From the NCBI GenBank assembly GCA_012295275.1, contig CM022665.1, positions 46,934,001 to 46,998,000 of the forward strand: a DNA stretch of 64,000 bases, written 5' to 3'. The notes under the pieces were generated by a model. It did no database searches, was not told where the DNA came from, and was given only the letters and a program-made list of their open reading frames with translations. Source of the DNA: Chrysomallon squamiferum. Taxonomy: Eukaryota > Animalia > Mollusca. Each line of letters begins with the position of its first letter. Position 1 is the first letter of the stretch. The translations under genes and the position numbers were made by a program. Shown piece by piece: positions 1 through 14,600 of the stretch.

Positions 1-2697
1 ATTATTTGTTTCTTTGCTTTTATTTTTTAATTATTCATTTATTATATATTTAAATTTTATTACATTATTTATTTTTTAATTATCTATTATCATTTATTTA
101 TTTATCAAGATTTTTTTTTTTTCAGTTTTTTAACATTAGATAAATATAATAAAATATGTATGTTCGCCATTATCTCACCTGACAGTTTCTTTTGTCGTTC
201 TTTCACACGATTCCTATCACAAGAAGACTGTCAGTTTTATTTTATATAGAGATTAGGAAGATGATTTGTATGCACATTAACCTGTATTAGGTTCAGTGTT
301 GACACACTTCCTTAATATCGTCTACACGTAATTTTTGTTATAGTAACTAGATATGTTAACGAATCAGAGAGTTTTGTATTTAATTACTTTATTTATTTAT
401 TTATTATTACTACTACTACTATTAGTAGTAGTAGTAGTTGTTGTTGTTGTTGTTGTTGTCGTAGTAGTAGTGATAGAATAGCAATTAGATAAATTAATTA
501 TTCATTGTTTCTCTGGTAGTAGTTACCTTAATTATTCAGTTTTTAATAAGGTAAGGTGTTGATTTTATCGATTTATTACATTATTATTTATTATTATTAT
601 TATCTTTTTTCTTTTTCCGTTTTTTTTTTTTTTTTTTTTGAGAATCTTGAATTAACTTTTGATGCCGTGATATATTAATAGTTGTTTTTATTTCGTTCTT
701 AAACAAATGTATGTGTGTCTGTGAGTCGGCCTCGGGTTTCTGAATTTTTCTGTCATTATCTCCAATTCCTTTTTCCGATTATTTTTCACGTTGTGAAACT
801 GCACATAATCTGTGTGCGTGTGTGTGTGTTTGTGATTCAAGATTATTTGAAGAAATAATGACCTTAATACGATATTTTTCCAGGCGATGTTTTTAAAAGT
901 ACCCGTCCTTTCTTGTTTTATACAAATAAATACACATATACTTGCGCGCACTCTGACAACAATTAAAACATTATTTGTGAAGTTTTAATTACAAAAATTA
1001 AGGGACTTAAATAAGGATTTGTAATAAAACCAGCTGACATGAAATATCAAATCATACTGTCTTTACTTTTAATAGTACACCCAGAAGCTATATTTACCAA
1101 CTATTTTAATTGTACTCCTGATCAACAATATTCACGATAAACAAACAAAAGTTAATTATTTCATTTGTATCTAAACTGCATGACATCAACAACGTTTTTG
1201 ACCACGTTTAGACAGCTTGGCAAAGTTCTTCGTTTATATTCAAACTGATCATCATTTATAAAGTATTTTAACCACATAAGTCAAGAACGTAACAATAAAT
1301 TAACATTCAGTATGACAGTTACATTGCCCTGAGACGAGAGAAATATTTTTCATAATCTCATGTTTCAAACTTTGTACCCTACCCTCTCCGACGTTTCTTT
1401 AAATCTCTCTAGATTATTATCACAGTTACTTTACTACAGTAATGTGAGAGTACTATCTGTCCTAAAACATCCCTTTAAATCCCTACCGTTAAATCCTTCT
1501 AGCTACTACATGATACTACAGTTTGAGGGTACTACCAATCCTATAACATTTCTTCAGATCTCTCCCTTCAAATCGCTCTAGATTGTTGTTATCATTATTA
1601 GATTGTTATTACCATAATCTAAGAGTTCTACCGATCCTGAAACATCCCTCCCAAGATGATGCACAAACTAAATCTACTACCAAACCTTCTGAATACTCGG
1701 GCTGCTATTAAATACATTTTCTAGGCCTGTTTTGAAAATCGGCTCCAGGCCTAATAATTTATTCAGTTTGAAAACGCGCTGTGTGTCATCTTTTAAAACC
1801 ACTTGATAAAAACAAACAGCGTCAGTATTCAAGACTAACACAAGTACAAGCACAGGAAATGTATGAGGAAGATTTCCAGTTTAAACAACAATGAACCAGT
1901 TTCTGGAGTAACAATGAATGGAAAAGAGCTCGATATAGCGCATGTGTGTGTGTTTGTGTGTGTGTGTGTATGTGTGTGATTGTGTGTGCATGCTTGTTTG
2001 TGGATAAATATATATGCTGATGTATAATGTGTATTTGTAAATGTATGTCTGTGTACATAAGTATGTATCCGTGTGTTTGTATGCGTGTATTTTATTTCTT
2101 CAGGTGAGTCACATCATATATAAGTAACTAAATGACGTTCTCTGCTTTCATTCTCGTTGTTGTCAATTTCAGATTTGACCACGTCTTCCTCCACGTCTGT
2201 CTGATACGGAGTCTGTCTCTTAATTGGGACACTCATCTTGTTCTGGGTACATCACTGGACTCTCTGTGTCCGTGTGAGTTACGCAGCCCTCAACTGTGCC
2301 CTCAAACTACTGTTACGTTCATTAGAATTCTGGGTTTCTTGTTTGCAATACCTGTAGCAGAAAACTAAATAATTATGCAGTGCATATGTTCTTCATACGC
2401 ACACACACACACACACAAACACATTTGTCTAACTATCTATTTGTGTTTATGTATTAAAGAACAGACGGCCTTTATCTCATAATATAAATTGTACCACTCT
2501 ATAGTATGTATGTAGCTATGTATGTGTATGTGCATGTATGTATATGTATATATATATATGTATATATGTATGTATGTATGTGTGTGTGTGTGTGTGTGTG
2601 TCTGTGCAGACACACACAAATACACATATACATAAACAATTACATGCAATTCTTGTTATGTATCTGTACTTATACAAGCACATATATTTCGTTTATG

Positions 2698-2817
2698 CCG
2701 GAAGTTAATGAATGAAACTTGTTCACTGTCATTGTTAACGCTTAAAACGTTTTAGAAAGTTCGAGTTTTATTTTACAAAGAGGAAGATAAAACACGAGCG
2801 CAAACTGGAAAGTGAAA
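2698..2817 (+). promoter_or_regulatory. Candidate proximal promoter motifs of gene A
   Basis: CCGGAAGT (ETS consensus, 2698-2705), GAGGAAGATAA (2780-2790) and GAAAGTGAAA (IRF/Blimp-type, 2808-2817) lie within 160 bp of the ATG. These are motif matches only. Confidence 0.3.
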
Positions 2818-2852
2818 AAAGTTTCACACTGGACAAGTCTGGAAGCAGGAGA

Positions 2853-3196
2853 ATGTTATCTGGTTTAATATCAGTGATAGCTGTCACCTTGCTCTGTTGT
2901 ATTCAGGTAAAATGTTTTCATCTCTTTCATCTTTTTATTATTTGTTGTAAAATCTCATTAATGATTTCTTTTATTTATTACAGTCGTCTTGGTTTGTTTT
3001 GAAAGGTGATAGATAATGTGTGCCAGTAAGTTAATGAACTTAAAACGTTGGTAGATTTAAATTGTTTCGTTTTTTAAATGAAAATAATTTTAATATGGCC
3101 TGCTCCATCTACCCACAAAAACCTTTCTCCTTGTTTGTTCAACACATTTCAGTATTTCAATATTTATCTGATTATGTTAAAGATCTGTGAACTTTT

Positions 3197-3251
<55 letters not shown>

Positions 3252-6200
3252 TAACAATAAAACAGAGTAAAAAATAAAACCAAAACAAACCCAAAACCCT
3301 ATTAAAAATATATATATATGTATTAGAAAATATTAAAAAAACCCATAAAAATTATGAAAAGTAGAAAAAGAGATACCATACAAATCCCAATAAATAAATA
3401 ACAAATAAAAATGCATCAACTAATAAATAAACAATAAATAATAAAATAATATATAAAATAGCAGTAAATAAATCAATAAATAATTATACAAATAATCAAA
3501 CAAACAAACAGTCATCATCACCACAGTTAAACCTGTTTTTTATTTCTTCAGCTGTTCTGATATATTCAAGTACACATAGCTATCTGGAAACACTATTTTA
3601 TCCCTTAGTCAATCTATTTTTTTCATTTATTTTAATCATTATATTAAATATTGTTTTTATTCTAAGAGTAACGTAACTTGTCATATTTCTCACTAACTTA
3701 ATGTAAAACAGGAATTTTTTCTAATTTCAATCTTCGCTGTTATATATATACAAACATATACATATATATATATATGCACATATACAGCTTGTTCGTGCTT
3801 TCATTTTTTCATTCAGCTTCGGTAAATATAACAAAATAGTTATTAAAATAGTAAAGTTTATGACAATTACTAAATACACTTCCCCCACACTAATTACTAA
3901 AAGATCAATTTGAAACATAAAATAACAACTTATTGACGATCAACTGTGTTGATTCATGTCGAGTCGAGAGGTGGGACATGAACATCCTTTTTAACGATGT
4001 TTTCCTGAAGTATTTGAGAGGGGAAACATTCTCTTCTCTTCACTCAAATTTTTAAAAGTGCTGAAATCCGAGCCTCACCGGAATAAACTTCGGTCACATT
4101 TTAAACGACACAGTTTCTTCCTTTTTCACTACAAACGCCACTGTACTTGTGACGGAAGAATGTTTTTATGCGTCTCATTGTCTCATTGTCTGCCGAATCA
4201 GCAAAAGGCTGAGTGGATCGCGGGATTAATCATCTGTAAGAGTTCAGGCTGGACTTGTGTAACTAGTCATATACATATATTTGCTGTTCTGATTGTACTA
4301 ACCCTTATGTGATTGTTGTGACAAATTACAATCATTCTATCCATCTATATTATTTTGTTTTGAATATTTGGCGCTAGTGTCTTCTGTTTGTTGTGTTCTA
4401 GAGTACAAAAAGGTGCTGCGGTACATACATACATACATACATATACATTAAGGGCTGTCAAAATTTTCGTTATTTTCCAAAACTGTCCACAGAACACGAT
4501 ACCTTGTAAATAAAAATAATTAATAATACTTTAATTGTTAAATGTTTTTTCTATAGAAAGAACATTATTACAAATGTGATTGCGTAACGAAGGCCATGGA
4601 ACTGGATTTCATCATAAAACAAGCAAAAAGATACATGGCACAACTATGATTCCTTCAACTTCGATTAAATTCTGAGTAACTATTTACGTATAGAGAAAAA
4701 CGAACACATTGCTTGTCTTCTTACCATGTCATCCGTCACAACCGATCAGAGTTAAGTATTTAGATATGATGGTCCTGAACATCAACAAAATGGTCCCAGA
4801 CATCTAGCTCTTAAATTTTAAATAAATAAAAGGACGTAAGACTTTTCCTTAGTAATAAGATATCCATTTACAAAATGTTTTTAAAAAAACGACTGAATTA
4901 TTGTTCTAACCCCCCCACAAAACAAAACTATAACAAAACACTGACCATCGATCACTGCTATTAATGAGAAATATTTACACACCTGAATATTGATTATTAT
5001 TAAAGCACTGGAATTTCTGGCTATATTAATCACATCTATATTAATTGCTATGTTATTAAGTTACTAGAACATTTTTTAAACGTCTACTATGTATAATGTT
5101 ACTGAAGACAATATATAATTATTATTTTTTAATTGTTTCAGATTTCAGTGTGTTCTTTAGGTGCAGAGTGTGAAACAACAGACAACTGTACCGTAGATAA
5201 CAGTTTCTGTAATAACAGTGTGTGTCAGTGTAGTGATGGCTACTATCAACAAAACACAACATGTTTACCTAGTAAGTTGTCATAATATAGAAAAGAAGGT
5301 GTGCATGCATCTGCTTTTTTTCGTTCTCTTTACATTCGTTTATAATCGATCAAACATTTGTTTTCTGTCTGTTTTTCTTCAAAACGTATCATCAAGATAA
5401 CAAAATAGTACCAGGTGTGACATAAGATGAGTTGAAATTCAAAACATTTACCATGCTGACAGAAGGAGATCATGTGAACAACTAACTGAACAGTGTTACT
5501 GTTGAGATTAGAGGTTGATAATAAAAACAGTTCTTACGAACTTGTATTTAGATTAAATTAACTGAGATAAACATGTTAACTGACTGAACATAATTAAATG
5601 TAACGATTATAATTTTACAACTACGCATGTAGGGGCCCGAGACATGAAGAAGCAGACTGCATGTAATCGTAAACAAACACAAGAATAAATCTTTTGTTAA
5701 GTCACTTTACCTTTTATTGCATCAGTCTGCACAAAATATTTAATTGAAGCCTCCCCCTTTTGAAACTAGAATTACATGCGACAAGTCAAGTGAAATCGAT
5801 TGCACATAGCTTATTCATTCTAGCAATTGCTTAGAATTATTACTTTTTTATTATTAATTGGTGCATGTATCGCAACAGAATAAACAATTAACCACAACAT
5901 ACAGTGGTTGTAGATAAAATGATTTACAGTGAAACTAGCAATGTTACTTAGGAAACTTATACTTTACAGAAACATTGCTTTTATACGGTATTGAAATAAT
6001 TTTGAACGGTCTAGTATTACATTTAATAGAAATACTGAAACAAACATATTTTTTGGTTTAAAAGTATATTGTTTAATAATTTCATAAATATGTTATTTGT
6101 TTGAAATTTTTCTGTTACAGAAATTGGTTACAATATGACTTGCAGGAAACACGATGTGTGCTTGGACTCTCATGCTGTTTGTCTAATGGAAAATAAATGT

Positions 6201-8634
6201 TTCTGCAGAAAAAGATACTTTTGGAGTTCATCGTCTAATGTTTGTAAACCAAGTAAGTAATAAGATTCAGTTTTAAACTGAAGATACCATTTAATCATTA
6301 AACAGTTATTGGAAATATGAATTTTAAGCAGAAAATTAACAATTTTCGCTGATTCTCGAGAATAGACTAAAACAAAAATAAAATCTAAAAGGCAAGTTAT
6401 GCATTTAAGAATGATTAAAATGCATAGAATGAATTACTGCCAGATTTGTAAAGAAATTACATCTCCAGATTTTTTACAAGCTAATGTTAACATCTTGGAC
6501 TATTACTGTAACTAAAAGCCATTTTAAAGCTGATGTGATCAACGAGGCTAAAGACAATATGAAAAGATTGTGAATCCTTAAGTAAGTGAAGATTTAGAAT
6601 TCTTATGGAATTGCCTTTCCATCAACAGCATTATGAAGATCAGATCCCTGTTGATGAAATCCGGGGCAGTAAAGACTGGTTACCAAAAATATCAAATTTC
6701 AAGAGGCATATTTCGAAAAGTATTTGTTAATTGAAGATTAAATTTGATGTTCATGTGTTTAGACAAACCCAAACTTGAATATGTTTTTATCAATTGACTT
6801 GCAACTATACATTTCATTGAATGTTACCTGAACTGATGTTTACACAAACAGTTTTTTTTTTTTTTTAAATTATTATTGTAAATCTAAGTGTTTAAAATTT
6901 TACAAGGTAAACAAGGTAAGTATAGCATTTAGTATTTGTTAGAAGTAAAAGTTTCATTAAGCTGAAAATATATTCGGGTTGCTACAAACAGTAAAAACTT
7001 AGAGATACTAAAATTTTTGAGAAATAATGTTAATAGTAACTGTATAATAATAAATGAATTCTAAAATAAAACAGGGTATAACAAGATGTGTTGAAACCAA
7101 AGTCTTTTCAACACTTTACTCCATTAATATATGTCAACACAAATCTGAGACTCATATAATCAATGTATATGTAACTTACTGATACATACTAGTTTTTTGC
7201 ATATACTATTTTAGGGATATTTAAATAAAGCACATATTACATATTAAAGTTTTCTATTTATTTTTCTTATTTATTTATATATAATTATTTATTTTGTGTT
7301 TGGTTTTGTTCGCCAGTGACTGATCTGAAAGTAAAGGGCATCAGTTTTACAAACACAAATCGTGAAAACACCACAGTCACATGGCAGCAGGATGGTGAGT
7401 TTTCTGTAATATCCAGATATAGAATATCATGGACACCAGGCAATGGCACAGAGACTGAATCGAATACCTCAAGAGAATCACTGATAACCAAGTTGAAAGC
7501 TGGAACAGAGTACACAGTGACTGTAACAACAGTTATTAATGACAACACAAAAACGAAGAGAATTAACGAAACAGCAACAGTTACAACCAGTGAGTGGTGT
7601 TTGTTCTTTTGTTCATCTAAATGTTAAAATGACGCTAATATATGCAGAAAACTTCCATATATGAAATGTCTAGATAATGATACATGAATATATAAACAAT
7701 TTTAAAGTAAAAGTTGAAGAATTCTGCTTAATGCTTGTTAGAAATATTGACATTAACTACATGTTGAAATACATTCAACTAATTTTAAAATACATAAATA
7801 ACAGTGTTTAATAATAAACAACATTTGTTGTCGCCAGTTCAAGCTCTGAAAGGAACCTGTACAAATACAACACAGTGTGGAGAACAGTATTTTGCTGAAT
7901 GTTTTGATGGAAGATTTTGTAGATGCATTTCGGGACGATACAGAAATATTGATGGAGAATGTGATTTAGGTTGGTGACATAAAAACGGTATAATATTTCT
8001 TTTCAATATGGTGCAGATAACGAAAAGGAAAACTGAAAGTCGTCTAAAAATATTTCCCGTTTTTATAAAGAATCTTTTAGAAAACACAAACAAAACAACA
8101 TTAGATGAATAATTATTTTAGTTAGCATTTAAAACATAAAACAGACATGATATATTAATGTATCTTGTTTATAGTTATATTGCAGCCATGGTTCATTAAC
8201 ATGGAAAATGATTAGAATGGATTTTAATTTTCAGTGGAAGAGTTACGAGTGAGTTATTTTAATCACAGCCAAGATTCACCATGGAGTGAGAAATTCACAT
8301 GGACGTCATCAAGGAACCTGTCTAAAGCACCTGATATGTCCATCATTTACCAGGTTACAGTGAATCCTGGACATTTCTCAGCGAACACATCTGGAAATTC
8401 ATTGACAGTACAGAATCTGACAGCTGGAAAAAAATATTCTGCTCAATTTATCATAATGTTTCTACAAGACGAGAAAACTGAAATGGTCAGCAATGAAACA
8501 ATTCAATTTACAACACAAAGTAATAATTTATCATGTATTTGATCTCCGTTATTTTTGGGGTATGAAAAATAAGAAAAGTATTTCACTAATATACAGAAAG
8601 AAAGGGAAAACACACCCATACAACTACACCCACA

Positions 8635-8665
<31 letters not shown>

Positions 8666-11600
8666 CTTCTCTGATACTCCAGTCAAAGTTTAGCTTCATG
8701 AATTACTTTTATTACTTCTCATGTTCCAAAACAAGCAGTTATCAAACTAATGACTTTGTAAGTATATATGTACATACTTAAAGAATCGCATGAGACAACT
8801 CAAATGAAATCGGTTACACATAGATTTGTCATTCTAGCAATTGCTTAGAATTATTACTTTTGTATTATTATTAATTGGTGCATGTATCTAAACAGAATAA
8901 ACAATTAGCCACAACATACAGTGGCTATAGATAAAATTATTTAGTGAAACTAGCAATGTTACTTAGGAAACTCATACTTTACAGAAACATTGCTTTTATA
9001 CGGTATTGAAATAATTCAGAATGGACTAGCATTATATTTAACAGAAATATTGAAACAAACCTATTTTCTTGTTAATAAGTATATTGTATAATAATTTCAT
9101 AAATATGTTATTTGTTTGAAATATTTCTGTTACAGAAATTGGTTACAATATGACTTGCAGGAAACGTGATGTGTGCTTGAACTCTCATGCTGTTTGTGTA
9201 AATGAAAGTAAATGTTTTTGCAGAAATAGATACTTTTGGAGTTCGTCGTCCAGTATTTGTAAACCAAGTAAGTAATAAGATTCAGTTTTAAACTGAAGAT
9301 ACCATTTAATCATTAAAAAATTATAGGAAATATTAATTTTAAGCAGAAAATTAACAATTTTCGCTGATTCTAGAGAATAGACTAAAACAAAAATAAAATC
9401 TAAAAGGCAAGTTATGCATTTAAGAATGATTAAAATGCACAGAATGAATTACTGTAAAGAAATTACATCTCCAGATTTTTTTACAAGCTAATGTTAACAT
9501 CTTGGACTATTATTGTAACTAAAAGTCATTTTAAAGCTGATGTGATCAACGAGGCTAAAGACAATATGAAAAGTCTGTGAATCCTTAAGTAAGTGAAGAT
9601 TTAGAATTCTTATGGAATTGCCTTTCCATCAACAACATTATGAAGATCAGATCCCTGGTTGCTGAAATCCAGGGCAGTAAAGACTGGTTACCCAAAATAT
9701 CAAATTTCAAGGGGGCGAATTTTCAAAAGTATTGGTTAATTGAAGATTAAATTTGATGTTCGTGTGTTTAGACAAACCCAAAGTCGAATATCTCTTTTTA
9801 TCAGTTGAGTTGCAACTATTCATTTTATTGAATGTGACATGAACTGATCTTTTCACAAACACAGTTTTGTTTTATTGTAAATATAAGTGTTTAAAATTTT
9901 ACAAGGTAAACATATTTAGTATAGCATTTAATATTTGTTAGAAGTAAAAGTTTCATTAAGCTGAAAATATATACGGGTTGCTACAAACAGTAAACACTTA
10001 GAGATACTGAAATTTTTGAGAAATAATGTTAAAAGTAACTGTATAATAATAAATTAATTCTAAAATAAAACAGGGTATAACAAGATGTGTTGAAACCAAA
10101 GTCTTTTCAACACTTTACTCCATTAATAAATGTCAACACAAATAATGTGTGAAAACATTAAAATCTTAGAATCATATAATCAATGTATATGTAACTTACT
10201 GGTACGAACTAGTTGTTTGCGTATTCCATTTTAGGGATATTTAAATAAAGCTTAGAAAATATTACATATTATAGTTTACTATTTATTTTTCTTATTTATT
10301 TTGTTTTTGGTTTTGTTCGCCAGAGACTGATCTGAAAGTAAAGGGCATCCATTTTACAAATACAAATCGTGAAAACACCACAGTGACATGGCAGCAGGAG
10401 GGTGAGCTTTCTGTAATATCCAGATATAGAATATCATGGACACCAGGCAATGGCAAAAAGAGGGAATCGAGTACCTCAAGAGAATCATTGATAACCAAGT
10501 TGAAAGCTGGAACAGAGTACACGGTGACTCTAACAACAGTTATTAATGACAACACAAAAACGAAGAGAATTAACGAAACAGCAACAGTTACAACCAGTGA
10601 GTGGTGTTTGTTCTTTTGTTCATCTAAATGTTAAATTGACGCTAATATATACAGAAAACTTCCATATATGAAATGTCTAGATAATGATACATGAATTTAT
10701 ATACAATTTTAAAGTAAAAGTTGAAGAATTCTGCTTAATGCTTGTTAGAAATATTGACATTAACCACATGTTGAAATACATTCAACTAATTTTAAAATAC
10801 ATAATAATAAACAACATTTGTTGTCGCTAGTTCAAGCTTTGAAAGGAACATGTACGAATACAGCACAATGCGGAAGACAGTATTTTGCTGAATGTTTTGC
10901 TGGAAGATTTTGTCGATGTATTTCTGGACGATACAGAAATATTGATGGAGAATGTCATTTAGGTATGTGACTTAAACACAGTATCTGTTTTCATTTCAAT
11001 ATAGCGCATTGTATTTAGAAGTGACATACTGGAACTTTAAGTAGATGACTGAGGGAAATAAAACACATTTTGTTTTGTAATATATAGACTGAGTGGAAAA
11101 TAACATGAACAGAAAGTATCTCATGTATGAAATAAAAATCTGTAAGAAAACTGAGTAGTAATTGTAAACAATTTTTTGTTGTTCTTCTTGGTGTTTCAAT
11201 AATATAGATGATTATATTTGTGTTTCAGTTGAAGAGTTACGAGTGAGTTATTTTAATCACAGCCAAGATTCACCATGGAGTGAGAAATTTTCATGGACGT
11301 CATCAACAAAACTCTCTAAAGCACCTGACATGTCCATCACTTACCAGGTTACAGTGAACCCTGGACATTTCTCAAAGAAGACATCTGGAAGTTCAGTGAC
11401 TTTGCAGAATCTGAAAGCTGGAAAAAAATATTCTGCTCAATTTATCATAATGTTTCAACAAGATGAAAAAATTGAAATTGTCAACAATGAAACAGTTGAA
11501 TTTACAACACAAAGTAATAATCTTTATCATGTATTTGTTTTCAGTTATTTTTGGGGTATGAAAGATAACAGAAGTATTTCACTAATGTATTTTATCACAA

Positions 11601-14600
11601 TTTTGGAACAAGACAAAAAAAAAAAAAATGAAATTGTGAACAATGACACATTTGAATTTATAACAAAACGTAATAATTTGTTTTGTCCTACTTCATATAT
11701 TTGTGTTCTGGTTATATTGGGCATGAAAAGCATGTGACAGTAATTCCTTTAAAATTCTGAAGATGAGGAAAATAATTAGCTCTTGTCTGGAAAAACCTGG
11801 ATAAGTGATAAGCTAAAAAATACTAAACATGAAAAGTGTTAACTAAAGATAAAGTAATTATAAAACAGATATATCACGACATATTCTCTTTTTGTGATTA
11901 AAAAGTGTATTTTATAATAAATTACAGAAATACCAAATAACAAGACATGTAAAGTTGGAGATGTGTGTTCTGACTCGAATGCCTCTTGTAGTTCAACCAA
12001 TCCTTTACGATGTCTGTGTAATGAAGAATACTTCTGGGGTCCAACACCTCTCACATGTACACCAGGTATATAATTACTGAAATGTTTGTATATAAAACAT
12101 TTATTTCAAATACTTTTGCAAACACAGTTTAATCTGATTGCTGTTTACAAGTATTAGTTAATTAAACTCGATGCATTAAATATGAATATGTTAAAAAAAA
12201 AACAGTAAGCAAAAAATCCATGAAGTGATGTGGATACACTAATTAATATTACTGCTATTCGAAATGAATATTATATATTTTATGTACTAATATGTGGATG
12301 TTGAAATTTAATATTGCCTAAATCACATTTCAAATAGCGTTATTCAGGGTAGAGTAGATCACTATTCAACATTCTTTCTGTTCTCTATACTTTCAGAATA
12401 CTTAGTTTAATGTTGTTGTGTTTGTTTTGTTTTCAGTGTCCGAATTAAAACCAGAAATTAATCAATTGTCCAATACTGGCACAACTTCTCTTCAAGTGAA
12501 CTGGACACCGGCTACTCTGTATGGTCAGTATGTGACCAGTTATGATATCATACTGACACCGGAGGAGTACGGTTCACATTCCGTCTGTTTAAACAACACA
12601 TGTGATATAAGAGGACTGGCACCTGGAAAACAGTACAGTGTTCTAGTGAGAGCTTTCATTGTCCAAGAAGGAAGAGAACAGTTTGTAGACTCAGCAAGTA
12701 TTTCTCAGAGAACATGTAAGATTATAAAGTACTTCACTTATTATTGCTAACTTTTATCTGTTAATGATAAATTTTATTACATATATATCGAATATATAAA
12801 GTTTTATTTCTAACATACTCAGAAACCTTACTCAGAAAAATAACATGTGGAATGATTATGATTTTGAACTCAGTATTTTTTATTCTTTTTAAAATATTTA
12901 GGATTTAATGTTACTCAACAAGACTATCTTTGCATTTTCTTGTTACAGAAAATTGAAATAAATAAAATAGTTACATCAAATAATAAATAAATGATGAACA
13001 ACATTTAATAAAAAAGGAGCATTGTAAAAAAAAAAAATGACGAAAAAAGAAATAATAAGAAAATATATATAAGAAAAAAAAAATTCGATCAAAAAGAAAG
13101 ATTTGTATTTCTTGATTTCACTACCTGAAAAATAAAAAGGAGCATTGTAAAAAAAAAAAATGACAAAAAAAAATAATAAGAAAATATATATAAGAAAAAA
13201 AAAATTCGATCAAAAAGAAAGATTTGTATTTCTTGATTTCACTACCTGAAAAATAACAAAAATAATATAAAAAGAATAAATTATGATAATAATTAAATAT
13301 TTAAGAGATTATTAATAGAGCTTTCATTTATGGATTTCAGTATTATGTAAATGAAAAGTAAATTTTCTTTATAATTTTAGTTCCTGACACACCAGGCCCA
13401 TTTGATGAAGAAAAAAGTAATTTAACAGCACCAGACATCACACTGTGTTTTAAAAAATCTGAGGGAATTGTTGATTACTACATAGTAACTTTGACTGGTG
13501 ACTCTGACTCATACGAACAGACTCAAAACGTAACACCAACAGAAGAAGATCTTCAACTTGTGTACTTCAGTGACATAACTCCTGGAAATTATTACACTTT
13601 AAATATCATTGCAGTCAGCTCTGGAACGTACAGTAAAACTTATGCAGTGACAAAGCTTTTAGGATTAGTAAGATGTAAGTACGGTGTTTTTTCTTGCCTT
13701 TGCTATTTAACATTGCTGCTGGTTTTAAATTTGTATTTTAACTGTAAAATCTGTTGTAAATAATTGCATTTAGATTCAGAGCAACAGTCATATTAATTTA
13801 TCTGTAAACAATAAACATGTATGGTTAAAAATGTATTTTATAAAATATTTCATTTTTCTTTGAAATTTCAAAATAATTTATTCACTTTTGAAATTGAATT
13901 TTTACCAATGCCTTTCGAAAGTGTTTACAATTAATATTTGTTTTTGATTTTCAGTGTCAGATTTAAAACCAGAACTTATTCATTTGTCCAGAACTAACAC
14001 AACATCTTTGAGAGTGAGCTGGTCACCAACTCGGGTGTATAGTAATTTAGTGACTAAATATGATGTCGTGTGGACACCAGTTGACAAAGGGTCCAGTACT
14101 GTCTATGAAAACAACACTGCAGATATTACAGGTTTAACACCAGGACAACTGTACAAAGTTGTTGTTAGAGCTTTCACTAACCAAACAAAGACAGAACAGT
14201 CTGTGAGTTCTTCAAGTCTTTCACAGAGAACATGTAAGTTAAAATCATATTTAATAGAAATTTATTAATGGTACTAATACAATTTCTTTTCTTAGCTGAT
14301 ATATATATAAACATTTCCTATCAGTGTTCTTACAAAAGGTTAAATAGGATTAAATAATAACTAGAGAGGAAGACCATTAAATTAATGTACAAATAACAAA
14401 TAATGATAATAATTAAATTAAGAAAAACAATATTCAAGAAATTAATAATAGAGCTTTTATTTATCAGTTATTATCTAACATATAAATGCAAAATAAACTT
14501 ATTAATTTTTCTTTATAATTTTAGTTCCTGACACACCAGGCCCATTTGATGAAGAAAAAAGTAATTTAACAGCACCAAACATCACACTGTATTTTAAGAA

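Noticed and set aside
688-2715. Short ORFs upstream of gene A
   Set aside because: They derive from (AC)n/(AT)n repeats or lack any domain signal or splice-consistent structure.
7285-10555. Antisense ORFs over FN3 exons (7285-7548, 10292-10555; also 55771 and 57397)
   Set aside because: They are shadows of the real exons on the opposite strand and recur only because the exons are duplicated.
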